In this document: piece by piece, positions 27,720 through 40,366 of the stretch
How the letters are laid out: each line of letters begins with the position of its first letter
Position numbering within the stretch: position 1 is the stretch's first letter
NCBI GenBank assembly: GCA_965112155.1
Contig: OZ218099.1
Direction: 5' to 3' (one strand)
Source of the DNA: Podarcis liolepis
Taxonomy: Eukaryota
Length of the DNA stretch: 64,000 nucleotides
Translations under genes and position numbers: made by a program
Notes under the pieces: generated by a model
The model's database searches: none
What the model saw: only the letters and a program-made list of their open reading frames with translations
Told to the model about the DNA's origin: nothing

Positions 27720-28065
27720 TTATTTAGTATAGTGTTCTTCATTCCTAAATATCATAAAATACAAGATAAAAATACATAAAAATACAAGATAAAAAGCTTA
27801 AATTCCATAATAAAAGCAAGAACAAAAACCAAGAACCCCTCCCCCCTCCCACAACACATTTAAAAGGGTATAGGATGATAATCAGCCGAAGGCCTGGTTG
27901 AAGAGGAACCTTTTTGCCTGGTGCCTAAAGGTGTATAATGAAGGTACCAGCCGAACCTCCCTGGGGACAGCATCCCACAAAACAGGGGCCACTGCAGAAA
28001 AGGCTCGTTCTCTTGTTACCACCCTTCAAACCTCTTGTGGAAGGGGCACACGAAGAAAGGCCTTA
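27720..28065 (-). mobile_element. L2 LINE 3' fragment
   Basis: Minus strand resembles the L2 C-terminus RERAFSAVAP.LW.A.P plus an AT-rich 3'UTR. Confidence 0.6.
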
Positions 28066-28411
28066 ACAAGTGTCATGTCTTTCTTTAGAAAAAGCAGCAG
28101 CTGGATCCAAATTGGAACTATTGCATGAGGGAATAATCTCCCAAGCTGCTATTTGCCCCTGCAGGAGTTCCTTCAGGGGCAAATAGCTTTGCAAGTAATT
28201 TTCCAAGAGAAAACTGTCCTGGAAGAAGGGTTCTAGTAACCTCCTTTACTTGATCCATAGTCTTGATCTGGCTCAGGGTGCCCTGTGGCATTGCTTTTCT
28301 AAAGAGGCAGGGCCACTTTTCAGCAAGTCAGTTGAAAACTCTATTAACATAATGTGCCATTTGATTCTGAGGCTCCCCATTGACTTGGGGCCTAGTTAGA
28401 GAAACCCTTCA

Positions 28412-28463
<52 letters not shown>

Positions 28464-28545
28464 GAGTTTCCCCAGCCACTCTGGGCGGCTTCCAATCAAG
28501 TGTTAAAAACGAAACAGCATTAAATATTAAAAACTTCCCTAAACA
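28412..28545 (-). repeat. (AAT)n microsatellite derived from an L2 3' tail
   Basis: About 16 AAT units followed by the L2 terminal sequence ccccagccactctgggcggcttcc. Confidence 0.75.
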
Positions 28546-28737
28546 TATTTGCGCTGGGTAACACTGTGGACTCAGTTATAATATTCTTTTCTCCAGCCTT
28601 CGTCAATCTAATGCCCTTCAGATTACAGCTCCCATCATGCCCAGACAGCAAAAGTTGGTGGTGGCTACTCTTCTATTTTGGCACAATTGTTGTGCCTCAA
28701 AAATGTAAAGTGACTCGGACTTCTTTAAAACGTATTA

Positions 28738-29088
28738 AAGGTAAAGGGACCCCTGACCATTAGGTGCAGTCATAGCCGACTCTGGGGTTGCGGCGCTCAT
28801 CTCGCTTTATTGGCCAAGGAAGCCGGCATACAACTTCCGGGTCATGTAGCCAGCATGACTAAGCCACCTGTGGCGAAACCAGAGCAGCACACGGAAACAC
28901 CATTTACCTTCCCGCCGGTGCGGTACCTATTTATCTACTTGCACTTTGAGATGCTTTCAAACTGCTAGGTGGGCAGGAGCAGGGACTGAGCAACGTGAGC
29001 TCACTCCGTCGTGGGGATTTGAACTGCCGACCTTCTGATCAGCAAGTCCTAGGCTCTGTGGTTTAACCCACAGCGCCACCCGCATCCC
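28738..29088 (-). mobile_element. Sauria SINE, full length
   Basis: tRNA-derived head GGGATGCGGGTGGCGCTGTGGGTTAAACC, ACCTTT tail; 13-bp TSD ttaaaacgtatta/ttaaaacatatta. Confidence 0.92.
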
Positions 29089-29363
29089 TTAAAACATATT
29101 AGGTTTGCTTTAAAAGAGCCATATTCTTTTCTTGCACGACTCTGAGCAAGTAATCGTACTGATACAGCAAAGGGATTTGACCTTCTCTGGGCTACCTTGC
29201 AAGGCGCAGTGCTATGGACAAATCAAATCACCAGTGCTTAAACAATATAAAGATGTCTTCGGTCTTTTCCAAAAAGTAGATAAATGCCTTTTGCTCACTT
29301 TATGCAGGGAGTTATTTCATGGTTTTTATATGCTGTTGAATAACTAGTGGTTTAAGGTACGTT

Positions 29364-29745
29364 GGGGATGTGGGTGGCATTGTGGTCTAAACCACTGAGC
29401 CCCTTGGGCTTACCATTTGTAAGGTCAGCAGTTCAAATCTATGTGACGGGGTGAGTTTCCGTTGCTCTGTCCCAGCTCCTGCCAACCTAGCAGTTCGAAG
29501 GCATACCAGCATGAGTAGATAAATAGGCACCACCGCGACAGGAAGGTAAACGGCATTTCTGTGTGCTCCGGCACTTGTCACGGTGTTTCGTTGCGCCAGA
29601 AGCGGTTTTGTCATGCTGGCCACATGACCCAGAAAAGCTGTCTGCGGACAAACGCCGGTTCTGTTGGCCTGAAAGCGGAGATGATCACCACACCGCCTTT
29701 GACTGTACTTAACTGTCCAGGGGTCCTTTACCTTTACCTTTTATC
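29364..29745 (+). mobile_element. Sauria SINE, full length, older/longer subfamily
   Basis: Head ggggatgtgggtggcattgtggtctaaacc, (ACCTTT)n tail; perfect 13-bp TSD tttaaggtacgtt. Confidence 0.9.
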
Positions 29746-30311
29746 TTTAAGGTACGTTAGATGGGGTCATAGAAACAGCCTATTGATTTAACCACAGAGT
29801 AACGTTGAGGGTCAACAAAGCGCCTTTTAATTAAGAACTTGAGGTATTACTGCGCACAAAACATATGGACACAACGAACATGAACCTTTTCATGCAAACC
29901 ATGGAGATAAACGTGATTTCAAGTTCATGTTGGTTTTATAATTACATGGGTGAATTTAGGCTGCAGTGGGTTTGAGAAGTCTGCCTTGCAAAAATGGATA
30001 TGTTTGGGGTTGTGCAAGGCACTTTAGAATCCAGGTGTGGATGTGGGAGAGGTCTCGGTGGCTGCTCCCAGGCTTTAGAAGTCCCTTCCTAGAGAAGCTA
30101 GACTGGCTTCCTCCTTGTTGTCCTTCCATTTCCAGGGCAGGTGATTTTTTTATTTTATTCTGTCAGGCTTTTAGAAACTTGACTGCTCTTAAGGACTCTT
30201 AATAGTGTTCCGTACTGTTTTTAATTACTATTATTCCTCTTATCTATATTTTGCATTGTTTTAATTCCATGCACAGTAATTTAAAAAACAGCCTTCCATA
30301 TGATTTTAGAA

Positions 30312-30444
30312 TAAGGTTACCAGACGTCCCCATTTCCTGGGGACGGTCCCCGGATTTACAAATCAGTCCCCTGACAAAATCCATCTATTTAGTAGGAAGT
30401 TGAAAAGTATCCCCGGAGTCATTGAAAAAAACCTGGTAACCTTG
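30312..30444. mobile_element. hAT (Blackjack-like) MITE inside an L2 3' tail
   Basis: TIR TAAGGTTACCAG / CTGGTAACCTTG; 8-bp TSD ttttagaa/ttttagat. Confidence 0.75.
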
Positions 30445-32581
30445 TTTTAGATATGTTTGTTTTATCTGTATTAGTTTTAATTTTTGTGAGCTGCCTTAAG
30501 TCTCTGTTTGGGGGAAAAGGTGGGATATAAATAAGATTAATTAAATAAATAAATAATGTTGATTAAGTGGGTGTGCATATGACCATTTCTCAAATCTTGA
30601 AATGTTCCCATGGACCCCCAAAAGTTGGTGACCCTCAGTCTGTGTTATCTGATGTGTAAGGCTCTCTGTCTTAGTGGTTAAAAAAAATTATTGCCATTTT
30701 TAATTTCCAGAGAGCATAGCTTTATGAAAATCAGATCACAGGCACATTCTTGTCAGTGTAAGCCTTTCTCACTCTACGCCTGGACTTTAAAGTAATAATC
30801 TTCTCACAATAATAGCCATTTATCTTCTCCCATTTTACATTTCCTCATTCAACTAAGAGTCATTTGCCGAGTTAATGTTCAGTTTTTGCTTTAGGCTGTA
30901 ATGATTTTACAAAAGACATTTTTATATTACTCATATTTCGGCTTTCATAGCACCAAAGAGCCAAGTCTAGAGGTCTTCTATCAACATGATGGCATGACTA
31001 GTTGCAGCAGGTTATTAGCCTGACGTGACTTTGGAAGTAGCATAGCTGCCCTATTGGTTAAAAACCCACCTTGCCTCACTGCAGTGCCCCAGTAGGCATT
31101 ATCATACCATTCACCTCTACTGAAACAGAAATTATCTAGGCATCTGATGATATTTTGCTGTGACAGTGCAAGCCACTATTTGTGCCGTTACAACTGAAGA
31201 ATTTATTATTATTAGGTTGACATTACTACCGTGTACTAATTCATTCCTTTCCCCCATCCCATAAACCTTCAAAGTGCAATTCCAACTTGCACTCCTCTAG
31301 AATGTCTAGGGCTTATGTACTGTTGACAAGTCTGAAGACCACAACCATAGTTGTCAAATACTGTGGAAGAAAACAAAACCTAATTTATTCAGATGCTACG
31401 GAATATAAATTTGGCTTGGCAGACATTTGGGAAAGAAGTACTTAGAGAAGAGCAGCGCAGAGATCATAAAGCGACAGCTGACACTGTAGGCTACTGAGAA
31501 TGTGTTTTTAAAAGCAATCTTGTTATAGGGTTCCCTTCCAAATACTAGCTGTAGAATCTGAATACTAATAGGTAATTTCACTTTAATGGTACATAGTAAG
31601 CCTATTTCTCCTTTTGGCAATGCAAAATCTTGGTAGTATTTAAGACTTAAGAATCAATTCGAAACTGATTCCCTATATCCCTTTGGATAGCAGTGGCATT
31701 TATGTGGATGAAACTCTCTTATTACAAAACTGGGATTTACAGTTCAAAAACGTACATATTTTCTAGGTTGAAAACATATTTCGTATGCAGGCCCCTGTGA
31801 ATTTCAGTGTTTGCTTTGCCATTAAGCACATTCTCATACATAAGCTGTTCGGTAAAAAATATTCTTGTTTAAAGCGGTGTATGCATAAAAATGAGGCAAC
31901 TTATTATAAAGAAGAACATTTTTGCTTTACTGTTACAAAATGCAAATATTTGAGTGGAAAAAATCTGGGGGGAAACTACCAGAAATTATTCAATCACTAA
32001 AAGAACAATGGAGTAGCAATTCTTGTATGTATCACATTATCTTCATTCACTTTGTTCTCTCTTCCTTCTCAGACAAGCTGTTATCTTCTAAAGGAGCTCA
32101 ACACATAATAGACGAAAGTTAGAAATAATTAGACAATATGTTATGCAAAGCTTAGTGGAATTTATAGATTTTGGGGAGGGGGGCACATTTAGCAATTTAA
32201 GAAAGAAAGAAGGTTAGCCAAACCCAGAAAACGCCATTATGTGCTGAGGGAGAAGTTACAACCTGAATGGGTCAAACTAGATGAGACTACAGCAGTTCTA
32301 TAAACTTAAAACTGGATCTTCCCCAAGTGCAGAGAAAAACAGCAGGTTTTCAATCTAATTTTGAAGATAAAGGGGTGTGTGCAGTGAGGGGCATGGTATG
32401 TTCCCACCTAAGGTGATTTTCTTCTAGCTGATCTCCCTTTGGGTATTGAAACCCAGTTGGAGGGCAGACTTTGGGGATATGTTGTTGTTTTAAAGGATGT
32501 TTTAGTATTCCTCACTGTTTTGCTTTTTTAATAACACCACTGGCACCTGTTTTGTTTATAAGATTTCATACCCGTCCTTCA

Positions 32582-32631
32582 CCCAGAGTGGCTGGGGAAA
32601 CCCAGGCAGATGGCCGGGGTATAAATAATAA

Positions 32632-32680
<49 letters not shown>
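32582..32680 (+). repeat. L2 3' terminal stem-loop with (ATT)n microsatellite tail
   Basis: cccagagtggctggggaaacccagg...ggggtataaataataaa(tta)n. Confidence 0.75.
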
Positions 32681-32681
<1 letters not shown>

Positions 32682-33191
32682 GACAAAACCAGATATGAAC
32701 CTGCTGCCATTACCATTACTTTTAACCCCTACAGTCCCTTAAGATCTCCCCCCAAAATATAATGTGTTGTTGAGTAGCTCCATAATATTTGTGTAAAACT
32801 GACTATTCTTACAAATTGTTGACATTCCATTGAAATTTAGTTTTGCCATATTGAACGCAACACATTTAAAAATAGCACCTGCTATTTTGTCCTTGATTGT
32901 TGGTTGTTCTTGTCCTTGATTCTTGTCAACTACTACCCATTTATTTATTTACTTGTTTGTTTGTTTTAATGGCAACTCAAGTGATAAGTGTTTTGACAAG
33001 TAAGCCACAGAAGGTTTAGAAACTTACTTACCTGAAATGATTTAATAAAGTGAAACAACTTTTTTTCAGATTATTTGTGCTGTGCACTATGAAATACGTT
33101 AATTGCAATGGATAGGTATTTGCTGCTGCTGTTTATCTCTCATTTATGCGTGCTTGTGGTCCCCACTCCCCAACTGCCAAGTAACCACGTA

Positions 33192-33315
33192 CAGTGGTGC
33201 CCCGCAAGACGAATGCCTCGCAAGACGAAAAACTCGCTAGACGAGAGGGTTTTTCGGTTTTGCGTTGCTTCGCTAGACAAATTTCCCTATGGGCTTGCTT
33301 CGCAAGACGAAAACG
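33192..33315. mobile_element. Truncated pogo/Tigger-like MITE
   Basis: TA|CAGTGGTGCCCCGCAAGACGAA with repeated cgcaagacgaa motifs; second TIR missing. Confidence 0.6.
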
Positions 33316-33699
33316 TGATTGCATGATTATAATTCTCCATCTGGTAGTTTTTCAGACTTGAATACAGTACCCACAGTCAGCAGTTCACAATCTCATCCCA
33401 AAGCAGCCTTCTTTGCCTAAATTCTGCTGGGTAGGCTTGTTTTTGAGTCCAGTTGTCACTGGTTAGTATTTGGGAAAGGGCCTTCTCTGTGGTTGTGTGT
33501 AGCTTTGTAGCTCTCTACTCTGGGAGGTTAAAGTGCTTCCCAACCTACAGTTGCAGGCACTGTACTTGCTGGATTAAATAGACTTTTGCAACTGACCCTG
33601 AATTTTTTAAGATTATTGTTATCTATTGCACCTTTCTCTTTTTTACTGTTTGGTTTTTATTGTTTTTTAACTGCAAATGCAGTGGAATGGCGAGAAATA

Positions 33700-33802
33700 C
33701 CATATTTTTCCGTCTATAATATGCCCCAATGTATAAGACGAACCCTATTTTTGGACATTATTTTTTAGGAAAAAACCTAGTCTTATACACGGAAAAATAT
33801 GG
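33700..33802. mobile_element. MITE family B, internally deleted copy
   Basis: TA|CCATATTTTTCCGTCTATAA...ACGGAAAAATATGG|TA; similar to 19158-19322. Confidence 0.8.
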
Positions 33803-34540
33803 TAAATAAACAAACGCAACTGATTTTTTAAAAAACCCTCTCCATTTCTCAGTACATGTGCCTTAATTTATTTTTAATTTGCAACAGGCGTGACTAGATG
33901 CTATTTATAAACAAGTTCGTGAGTTTCTGATATGCAATATTTGTGCAATCCAAGGCACAGATCCTTCTGTTGTTGTTTTTGGAAGCCTCAGAGTTGGTAA
34001 CATTTGCTATAAGTTGTTATGAGGTATAAAAATAAGAATTATTTGCTAGCACGTGATTTTCAGCATAGCATTTTCCAGTTTTCCCTCGATTGTCTCAAGA
34101 GTAGGCCCACAGTCTACAATCTTGAGCATGCTTTTTCTTGGAAATAAGTCCCACTGAAATAAATGCAACTTTTTCCCTAGTGAAATGCATGGATCAGGAT
34201 GTGAGAGAATCTTGTTTCCTGATTTCCTGAAATATTATGGAATACTATGCTTGCAGCAAACCTACTTTTAATTCACGGCTTTATGGATTACAGTCTTGAA
34301 TAGGTAGCTTAAATGTGAGCACAAAACTTGTCTGCGTTGTGTGCCAGACTTTATACTTTGGATGCATTTTAACAGCACATATACATACCTTCATACACTC
34401 TCACTTCCCAATAATTTAGGGAAATGCTTTCACACCTATGATGTGGTAGTTCTCTACTCAAAATGGTCATCTCATGTCTTTGTTTTTAGTAGAAAAACTA
34501 AACATAAAAAGTAACTTCTACTATCATTACTATTTTAAAG

Positions 34541-34771
34541 ATCATCTCTGATATGGAAGCCCAGATCCACACACTGCGAGAAGAGCTCATTCAAGTGAAC
34601 ACACAGAGAAAACAGCAGCTAGTTGAACTTAGCCTTCTTAGAGAAGAAGAAAAACAAAAAACTCTTCGGGACCATGAGGCTGCCATGAACAAGCTGAAGG
34701 TTGAGTCAGAAAAGATGATTCTGGATCTGCAAAAGTCTAATGCCACAGAAATGGAGATGGCGCTTGAAAAG
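34541..34771 (+). CDS. CEP112: CEP112 internal coding exon (231 nt, phase 0/0): IISDMEAQIHTLREELIQVNTQRKQQLVELSLLREEEKQKTLRDHEAAMNKLKVESEKMILDLQKSNATEMEMALEK
   Basis: ttttaaAG acceptor and AAG|GTAAGC donor; 77 open codons. The peptide matches from memory the C-terminal coiled coil of vertebrate CEP112 (DMEAQVHKLREELINVNSQRKQQLVELGLLREEEKQ...) and splices in frame to the next two exons. Confidence 0.95.
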
Positions 34772-34890
34772 GTAAGCACGAAAATAGTACCTGACTTTCC
34801 CATTTCTAGGAAAATGACTGTGAAACTTGCTTCCTCCCTCTCTCCCTCCCTCTCTTGCTGTGGCCAAGGGGAGTAGACAAGGGAATAGGT

Positions 34891-35337
34891 CAGAGGTTTT
34901 CAACCTTTCTCAGGCCATGGCTGCCTGGAACTACATTTTTTCTGCCGCTCCCCTGTGGCAAAACGTGCTCTGAGCCTCAGAAATCCAGTTATTTCACCCC
35001 TTGCCTGCAGAGCCAGCCCTTTTCAAACACCCTCCCTTGTGGAGTTTCCCCTCAGGCTCCTCTCCTCCCCCCTCTTCTTGGGAATCCTCCGGGCAGCTGC
35101 CCCAGGTCTCTAAGCCACCCACCCCACCCCAAAGAGAGGTGTCTCTTCATGCAACCCCACCAGGGGTCTGGGAAGAGGATGCCCCCAGCCTTAGTGGCCT
35201 GATGGAGACAGAGACACAAGAGGGCATCAGAGGAGGGAGAGAAGGAAAGAGGGATAGAGGCCAGTGTTGATTGTGGCACCCCTGACCATCATTTAAAGCA
35301 CCCTAGGGTGCCACGGCACACTGGTTGAAAACCCCCG
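34891..35337. mobile_element. hAT-like MITE about 120 bp downstream of the 231-nt exon
   Basis: TIR CAGAGGTTTTCAACC / GGTTGAAAACCCCCG; interior inverted relative to 7641-8150. Confidence 0.7.
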
Positions 35338-35436
35338 CACTATGGTGAAGAGCAGTAGAGAGACATCTCCTTCAATAGGTGGTGACTTCAGCAAAGTGAC
35401 TGTATTTGTAATAAGGGGGATCCTGCTGAGGAAGTC

Positions 35437-35885
35437 TGTCAGATGGCAAGGGTGGCTGCTCACGAGTAACCAGGCAGGACTCTGACCTGTCTTTTACAGG
35501 TTTTATTTAGGTGCAAACTATTTACAGTGCAAAACCCCAGAGTTCATGTCTGCCTCAATCACTAGCAGAATCCGGGAGTGCTTGTTTCCTGGACCTCCCC
35601 CAGCAGAAAAGTCTCTTTATGCCCAGCCTTTTCCTTCCCTCTTTGGGCTTTAGACTTCTGCGCAGGGTGGGCGATGGAAGGGGCATGCTTCCCTCCTGGC
35701 CGGCTTTGCCAGAAGTGGTGCTGAGGCTCCCACCAGCATCCTCTGGTCCTTGCACCTCTTCCCCACTGGAGGTGGGGTTTTCTTCATCACCGGAAGAGGA
35801 ACTGCTTCGCATGATTTTCGGAGGCTCCCTGTAACACAACTGCCCCTCTGTTTCCCGCCCCTGTTCTGATGGCAGTTCCCTGACA
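35437..35885 (-). mobile_element. Solo LTR (449 bp), Gypsy-like
   Basis: TGTCAG...CTGACA termini; 5-bp TSD aagtc/gagtc (4/5); AATAAA on the minus strand (ttttattt); 109-codon open frame. Confidence 0.8.
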
Positions 35886-36924
35886 GAGTCATACCCAGGG
35901 GTTCCCTAAAACTGAGTGCCAGCATTGTGGACAGATATATATGTGTATGCCTGCAGTATACACATTATATACATTATTATAATGCCCAACATCTCACCAT
36001 ATGAATAGGGTCATTTTGAGCACTTTAAATTGCACAGAATTCTTAATGTAAATTAAGAAAGCCTATTGAACTTGACATTTTGATCTCATTTGTTTTGATT
36101 TTACTTTATTCTTTTGGGAGTGAGGGCATTGGCCACTGCTGTGGCAGATTCTCTGGTGCTGCTTTGACTTTATCTTGAATCCCTGATATTTATGGCCCTA
36201 ACAAAAATGATACATTTTTTGTTGCTCAGTGTTAAAACTGCGTTGAAACTTCTCAAAATGCTTATCTCCATTGGTCAACATTCAGGTGTTTAAATGTTTT
36301 AGCGTATATTAAAACACAATCTGCAATTTATTACAAGATGAAATGTAGCAACCAAATGGGGCAATTTGCATATAGAGTTGGAACAGCCTTTGTGAAACTG
36401 ACATTTCATTTACCTGCATCAGGTTCTTGGTCTATAATTTTAAACAGCATTCTAAGGATTACGTTGGAAATCTGCCAGCCTGAAACCATTAAAGGCTGTG
36501 ATCAACAATTCAGAATCTTTTTTGAATTTAAAGAAAGCTGCACTTGGCATAATTATTTAAAGCCAAGGTCAGAGAAAGTATTTAAACCTTTGAAATTCAT
36601 AATTAAAGGATTAATATTAACTCATGAAGACATTGTCATTTTTGCTTAAAAGTTGAATTTGAATCTCAGTTCTTTTCTTTTCTTTGATCTTTATATATTT
36701 AAAGCATAGCAAAAGGAAAAGTTAACTTCTCTCCAAATTAAAGTTGCATTGCTTCATTGCTGTGATATATTGTCAATTTCTTAAAAAATGGCTGACTTTA
36801 ATAATAATGAATGCAACCATAATAATTTCTGGCATCAGCTGAAAGAGATAAGTATTTGCTAGTATTTGCAGGATAGGGATCAAAATTAAATCCTTTTAAG
36901 CCCGAACAACAAGTAGACACTTTA

Positions 36925-37305
36925 AAAGTGCTGACCTTTAAAGCCCTAAATGACCTTGGCTCTGTATACCTGAAGGAGCGTCTCTACCCTCATTGTGCAG
37001 CTGGGACACTGAGGTCCAGCTCTGAGGGCCTTCTGGCATTTCACTCACTGCGAGAAGTGACGTTACAGAGAACCAGGCAGAGGGCTTTCTCAATAGTGGC
37101 ACCCGCCCTGTGGAATGCTAAGGAGATAAAGAACTACACAACTTTTAGAAGACTTCTGAAGACAGCCCTGTATCAGGATGTTTTTAATGTTTGATGTTTT
37201 GCTGTCTTTTTTATATTCTGTTGGAAGCTGTCCAGAGTGGCTGGGGCAACCCAGTTAGATGGGTGGCCTATAAGTAAATAATAATAACAACAACTACTAC
37301 TACTA
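36925..37305 (+). mobile_element. L2 LINE 3' fragment
   Basis: VLTFKALNDLGSVYLKERL...TRQRAFSIVAPALWN, then the L2 terminal stem-loop and an (AAT/AAC/TAC)n tail. Confidence 0.85.
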
Positions 37306-37307
37306 CC

Positions 37308-37469
37308 AGAACGGATTACTTCCAGGTTTCTGGGGTCTCGCATGTGCAAAAATGCTAAATCACGCTTTGCGCATGGGCAGAAGTGCCGAATCGCAACCCG
37401 CGCGTGCACAGACGCTGGTTGCGAGCGTGCATCCCGCACGGATCACATTTGCAACCTGAGCGTCCACTG
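37308..37469. mobile_element. Partial MITE related to family D
   Basis: Ends cgtccactg|TA; interior inverted relative to 22215-22466. Confidence 0.6.
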
Positions 37470-37744
37470 TACCAGTTTAGGATTGAAATTTCTTTGTTTC
37501 ATAAAAGTGCAGAATATCCAAATATCCACCAGATATGAACTTCTGCTGTGAAATAAATAGTGGATAAGAACAAACATAAAAACAAGGATCACAGGTAACC
37601 GTACATAAGGTTGAATAATATCTTAAGATGGGTATGGGAATTAGATTGGAAGTGATTAACCAAACCGGATCCTGCTTAGCTTAGCAAATATGCGAACAAT
37701 TTTATTGCTGCACCACAGTATTACAGCAAATGATCATTTCTGGA

Positions 37745-38200
37745 CAAAACAACCTCAGCAAGATTGAAGGAAATGTATTTGAAACTAGTACAAAAATGGC
37801 ACCTAGCACTGGTTAAAACAGAAAAATGTACAAAAATTGCTTACCTAGATGTTGGAGAGACTGTGGGGGGAGCTTGTTTATCCATGTGTGGTTGGAACTG
37901 TGAGAGGGCACCAAAATTCTGGAAGGAGCCCTTTCAAGAAACAGCTGGAATAACTGGGAAAACATTGCAGAAAAGTCCAGCTTTATTGGAGCTGTCCAAA
38001 GGGGAAAACCCAATCTTACTGTGTAATAATTTGATTGGATATTTTTTAGTAATGGCAACGCTGTTGATAGCCAGATGCTAGAAAGAAGCCAACGACTTTA
38101 ATATACAAAAATAGTGCTATGTGATGTGGAAAGTGGCACTTAACGGAAAAACTAAGGCAAAGACTACAATTTGAAGGGGTCAGAGGAAAAAAAAGAGACA
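37745..38200 (+). mobile_element. L1-clade LINE ORF2 C-terminal remnant
   Basis: K...KW.L...CWR...H..W.C..FW...I.G..L...P.LL...A.LLIAR: decayed zinc-knuckle region. Confidence 0.6.
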
Positions 38201-39787
38201 TTTGTGGTGGACTGCTGCCTGGTGCAATATATGAATGCAACCTCAAAAGAGAGACAAATACCAGCCTTAATCTGTAATTTGTGGTTACAATAACATTAAT
38301 GGACATCTTTGCATTGTGTGCAGTTTCATGTCATCCCAAAGGACTCAACAAAGGATATAATTCCATATCCATAATCTCACTTGTTGCATTGGTCACTGGT
38401 TTGTGTGAGGGGGTTACTTTGAATCTGAATTATGATCTTTCTTTCAGCTTTTTATTTCATGTAATGTTAGAAAAGCAAATATGTATATGTATATCAACCA
38501 TCCTACACTTTAAAAAAATATACAGTCTGGGTATTGTATTTTGTCTGACTTCTTCAGAACACAAAAAAATATTTTATGAGCTTGGTTATTAGATTTATGT
38601 CATGCAATATCTTAACATATTTAATACAATTAGATTAAGATATGGAATTAATTTGTTTCTTCTCTTCAAATATATATATTGGCATCTGATAGGCAGTCAT
38701 TCTAGTTCTACTAAATTATGATATATATTGTTTTGACAAATCAATATGCTGGAGGTAGGTCCTACTGAAGCTCAGATTGCACTAACAATTATTGTTGAAG
38801 TGGGGTGGGAGCAAGGACTTTGCATTACGTTGCTGCTGATATCTCCTTGGATATTTTGCAGCTGTGGGGCGGCGGTTCAGATGGAAAGCAAATGACAGTG
38901 GAAAGGTCACTTCCTTTCCTCTTGCACCTTCTCAGGAACAAATCTCTCCTCCCCACAGTGGAGAAGGTGCTGTTAGAGCTTTGTTACACACACAGCTGCC
39001 GTGTAATGCGTAGTTTGCCTTTCTGTCTGACAGATGTTACGGGTTGTGTCAACAGAACCTTTGGGGTAAACGTTAGTTAGCCAGGTGTAATACAATGAAA
39101 AAAGCTCATGTGGATTTGTGAGTTTGCTGGACATTAGTAAAAGAAAGAGATCAGCTGTAGTTTTAAGTTGGTGCAGATGTGATTTTTGGCGAAATATATC
39201 TGTTAGTAACATTCGTCTTTGGAATTTACTTGGCAAAGAAAACAATCATTCGGAACGAATGACCCTAAAATATCAGTTGACATGCTAACAATACTCTAAG
39301 GAAGCAACCTTGGAACACTTCAGACATCTCATAAAACAGCTGTATTTTGAGCCATGTGCATTTTGAACCATATGTATAATATATTTTGTGTGTGTGTGTG
39401 TGCATCCGTGCGTCTGTGCGCACGCTTGTGCATTTTCTGTCCCCAAACACACAGTGCATGCACCTTCAAAAGGATACCACACTCAGTTCACCCTCTGGAG
39501 ATGCTCACTGTCTCTTACAACACTAGAAGCTGTCAAATCGGCCTGTACTGATGTTCTATTCAGTGAGAACAATTATTGGTCACAGTAGCATGTTTGCAGC
39601 ATGCTACTGCACCAAAATTATGTAGTTTAGAGCCATGGTATTGCTGTTGAAGTCATATATATCTCATTGCTGAACAATTTGCAAGTAGATGTTTTTCATT
39701 CCATTGGTTTCTGAATTCTAAATCACCTTTTAAAACCTTGCATTACTCTATATGGCATCTGCTTCTGTCCCATTGCTAATACTTCTA

Positions 39788-40019
39788 CAGTGGTACCTCG
39801 GGTTAAGTACTTAATTTGTTCCAGAGGTCCGTTCTTAATCTGAAACTGTTCTTAACCTGAAGCAGCACTTTAGCTAATGGGGCTTCCTGCTGCTGCCGTT
39901 CTCCTGCTGTTCTCATCCTGAAGCAAAGTTCTTAACCTGAGGTACTATTTCTGGGTTAGCGGAGTCTGTAACCTGAAGCGTCTGTAACCTGAAGCGTCTG
40001 TAACCCCGAGGTACCACTG
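39788..40019 (-). mobile_element. pogo/Tigger-like MITE family A, copy 5
   Basis: Same TIRs and TA TSD. Confidence 0.9.
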
Positions 40020-40366
40020 TACAGACAAGAATGGTATACTTGCTTTCAAGTGCATCTCCATTTAGTGCATGCGGAAGGTAGCCAGGCTGGATTAAATGGC
40101 ATGGATATCATGCTGACTCACGTTCTTGCACTCTGGACATCATCAGGCTGTGAAGAATGAGAGTAGCAGCTTCCCTGATCAGATTGCCAGAGCTCTGCCT
40201 TCCTCCCCGTGAAATCCTGTATATAGATAGCTGACAATCTCTGCTCATCATTGTTGCCATGCTATTCTGCTAGGTCTGGAAGAATGATCAGTCAAGCCTT
40301 TATTGTGTTGCCACATTGTTCTGTAAGAGAATTTTCAAAGTGGCCATTGCAAAAGAGGCAGGTCTA

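Noticed and set aside
1-34540. Upstream CEP112 exon or nested protein-coding gene
   Set aside because: I found no splice-bounded frame resembling CEP112 or another known protein; the short ORFs look random or TE-derived. A small exon hidden in the gap cannot be excluded.
34553-34876. 107-aa ORF as a standalone gene
   Set aside because: It is the CEP112 exon read through its GT donor at 34772 into intron.
37648-37686. 5S rRNA-like sequence on the minus strand (aagctaagcaggatccggtttggttaat)
   Set aside because: Short and degenerate; at most an old 5S-derived SINE fragment, not an rRNA gene.
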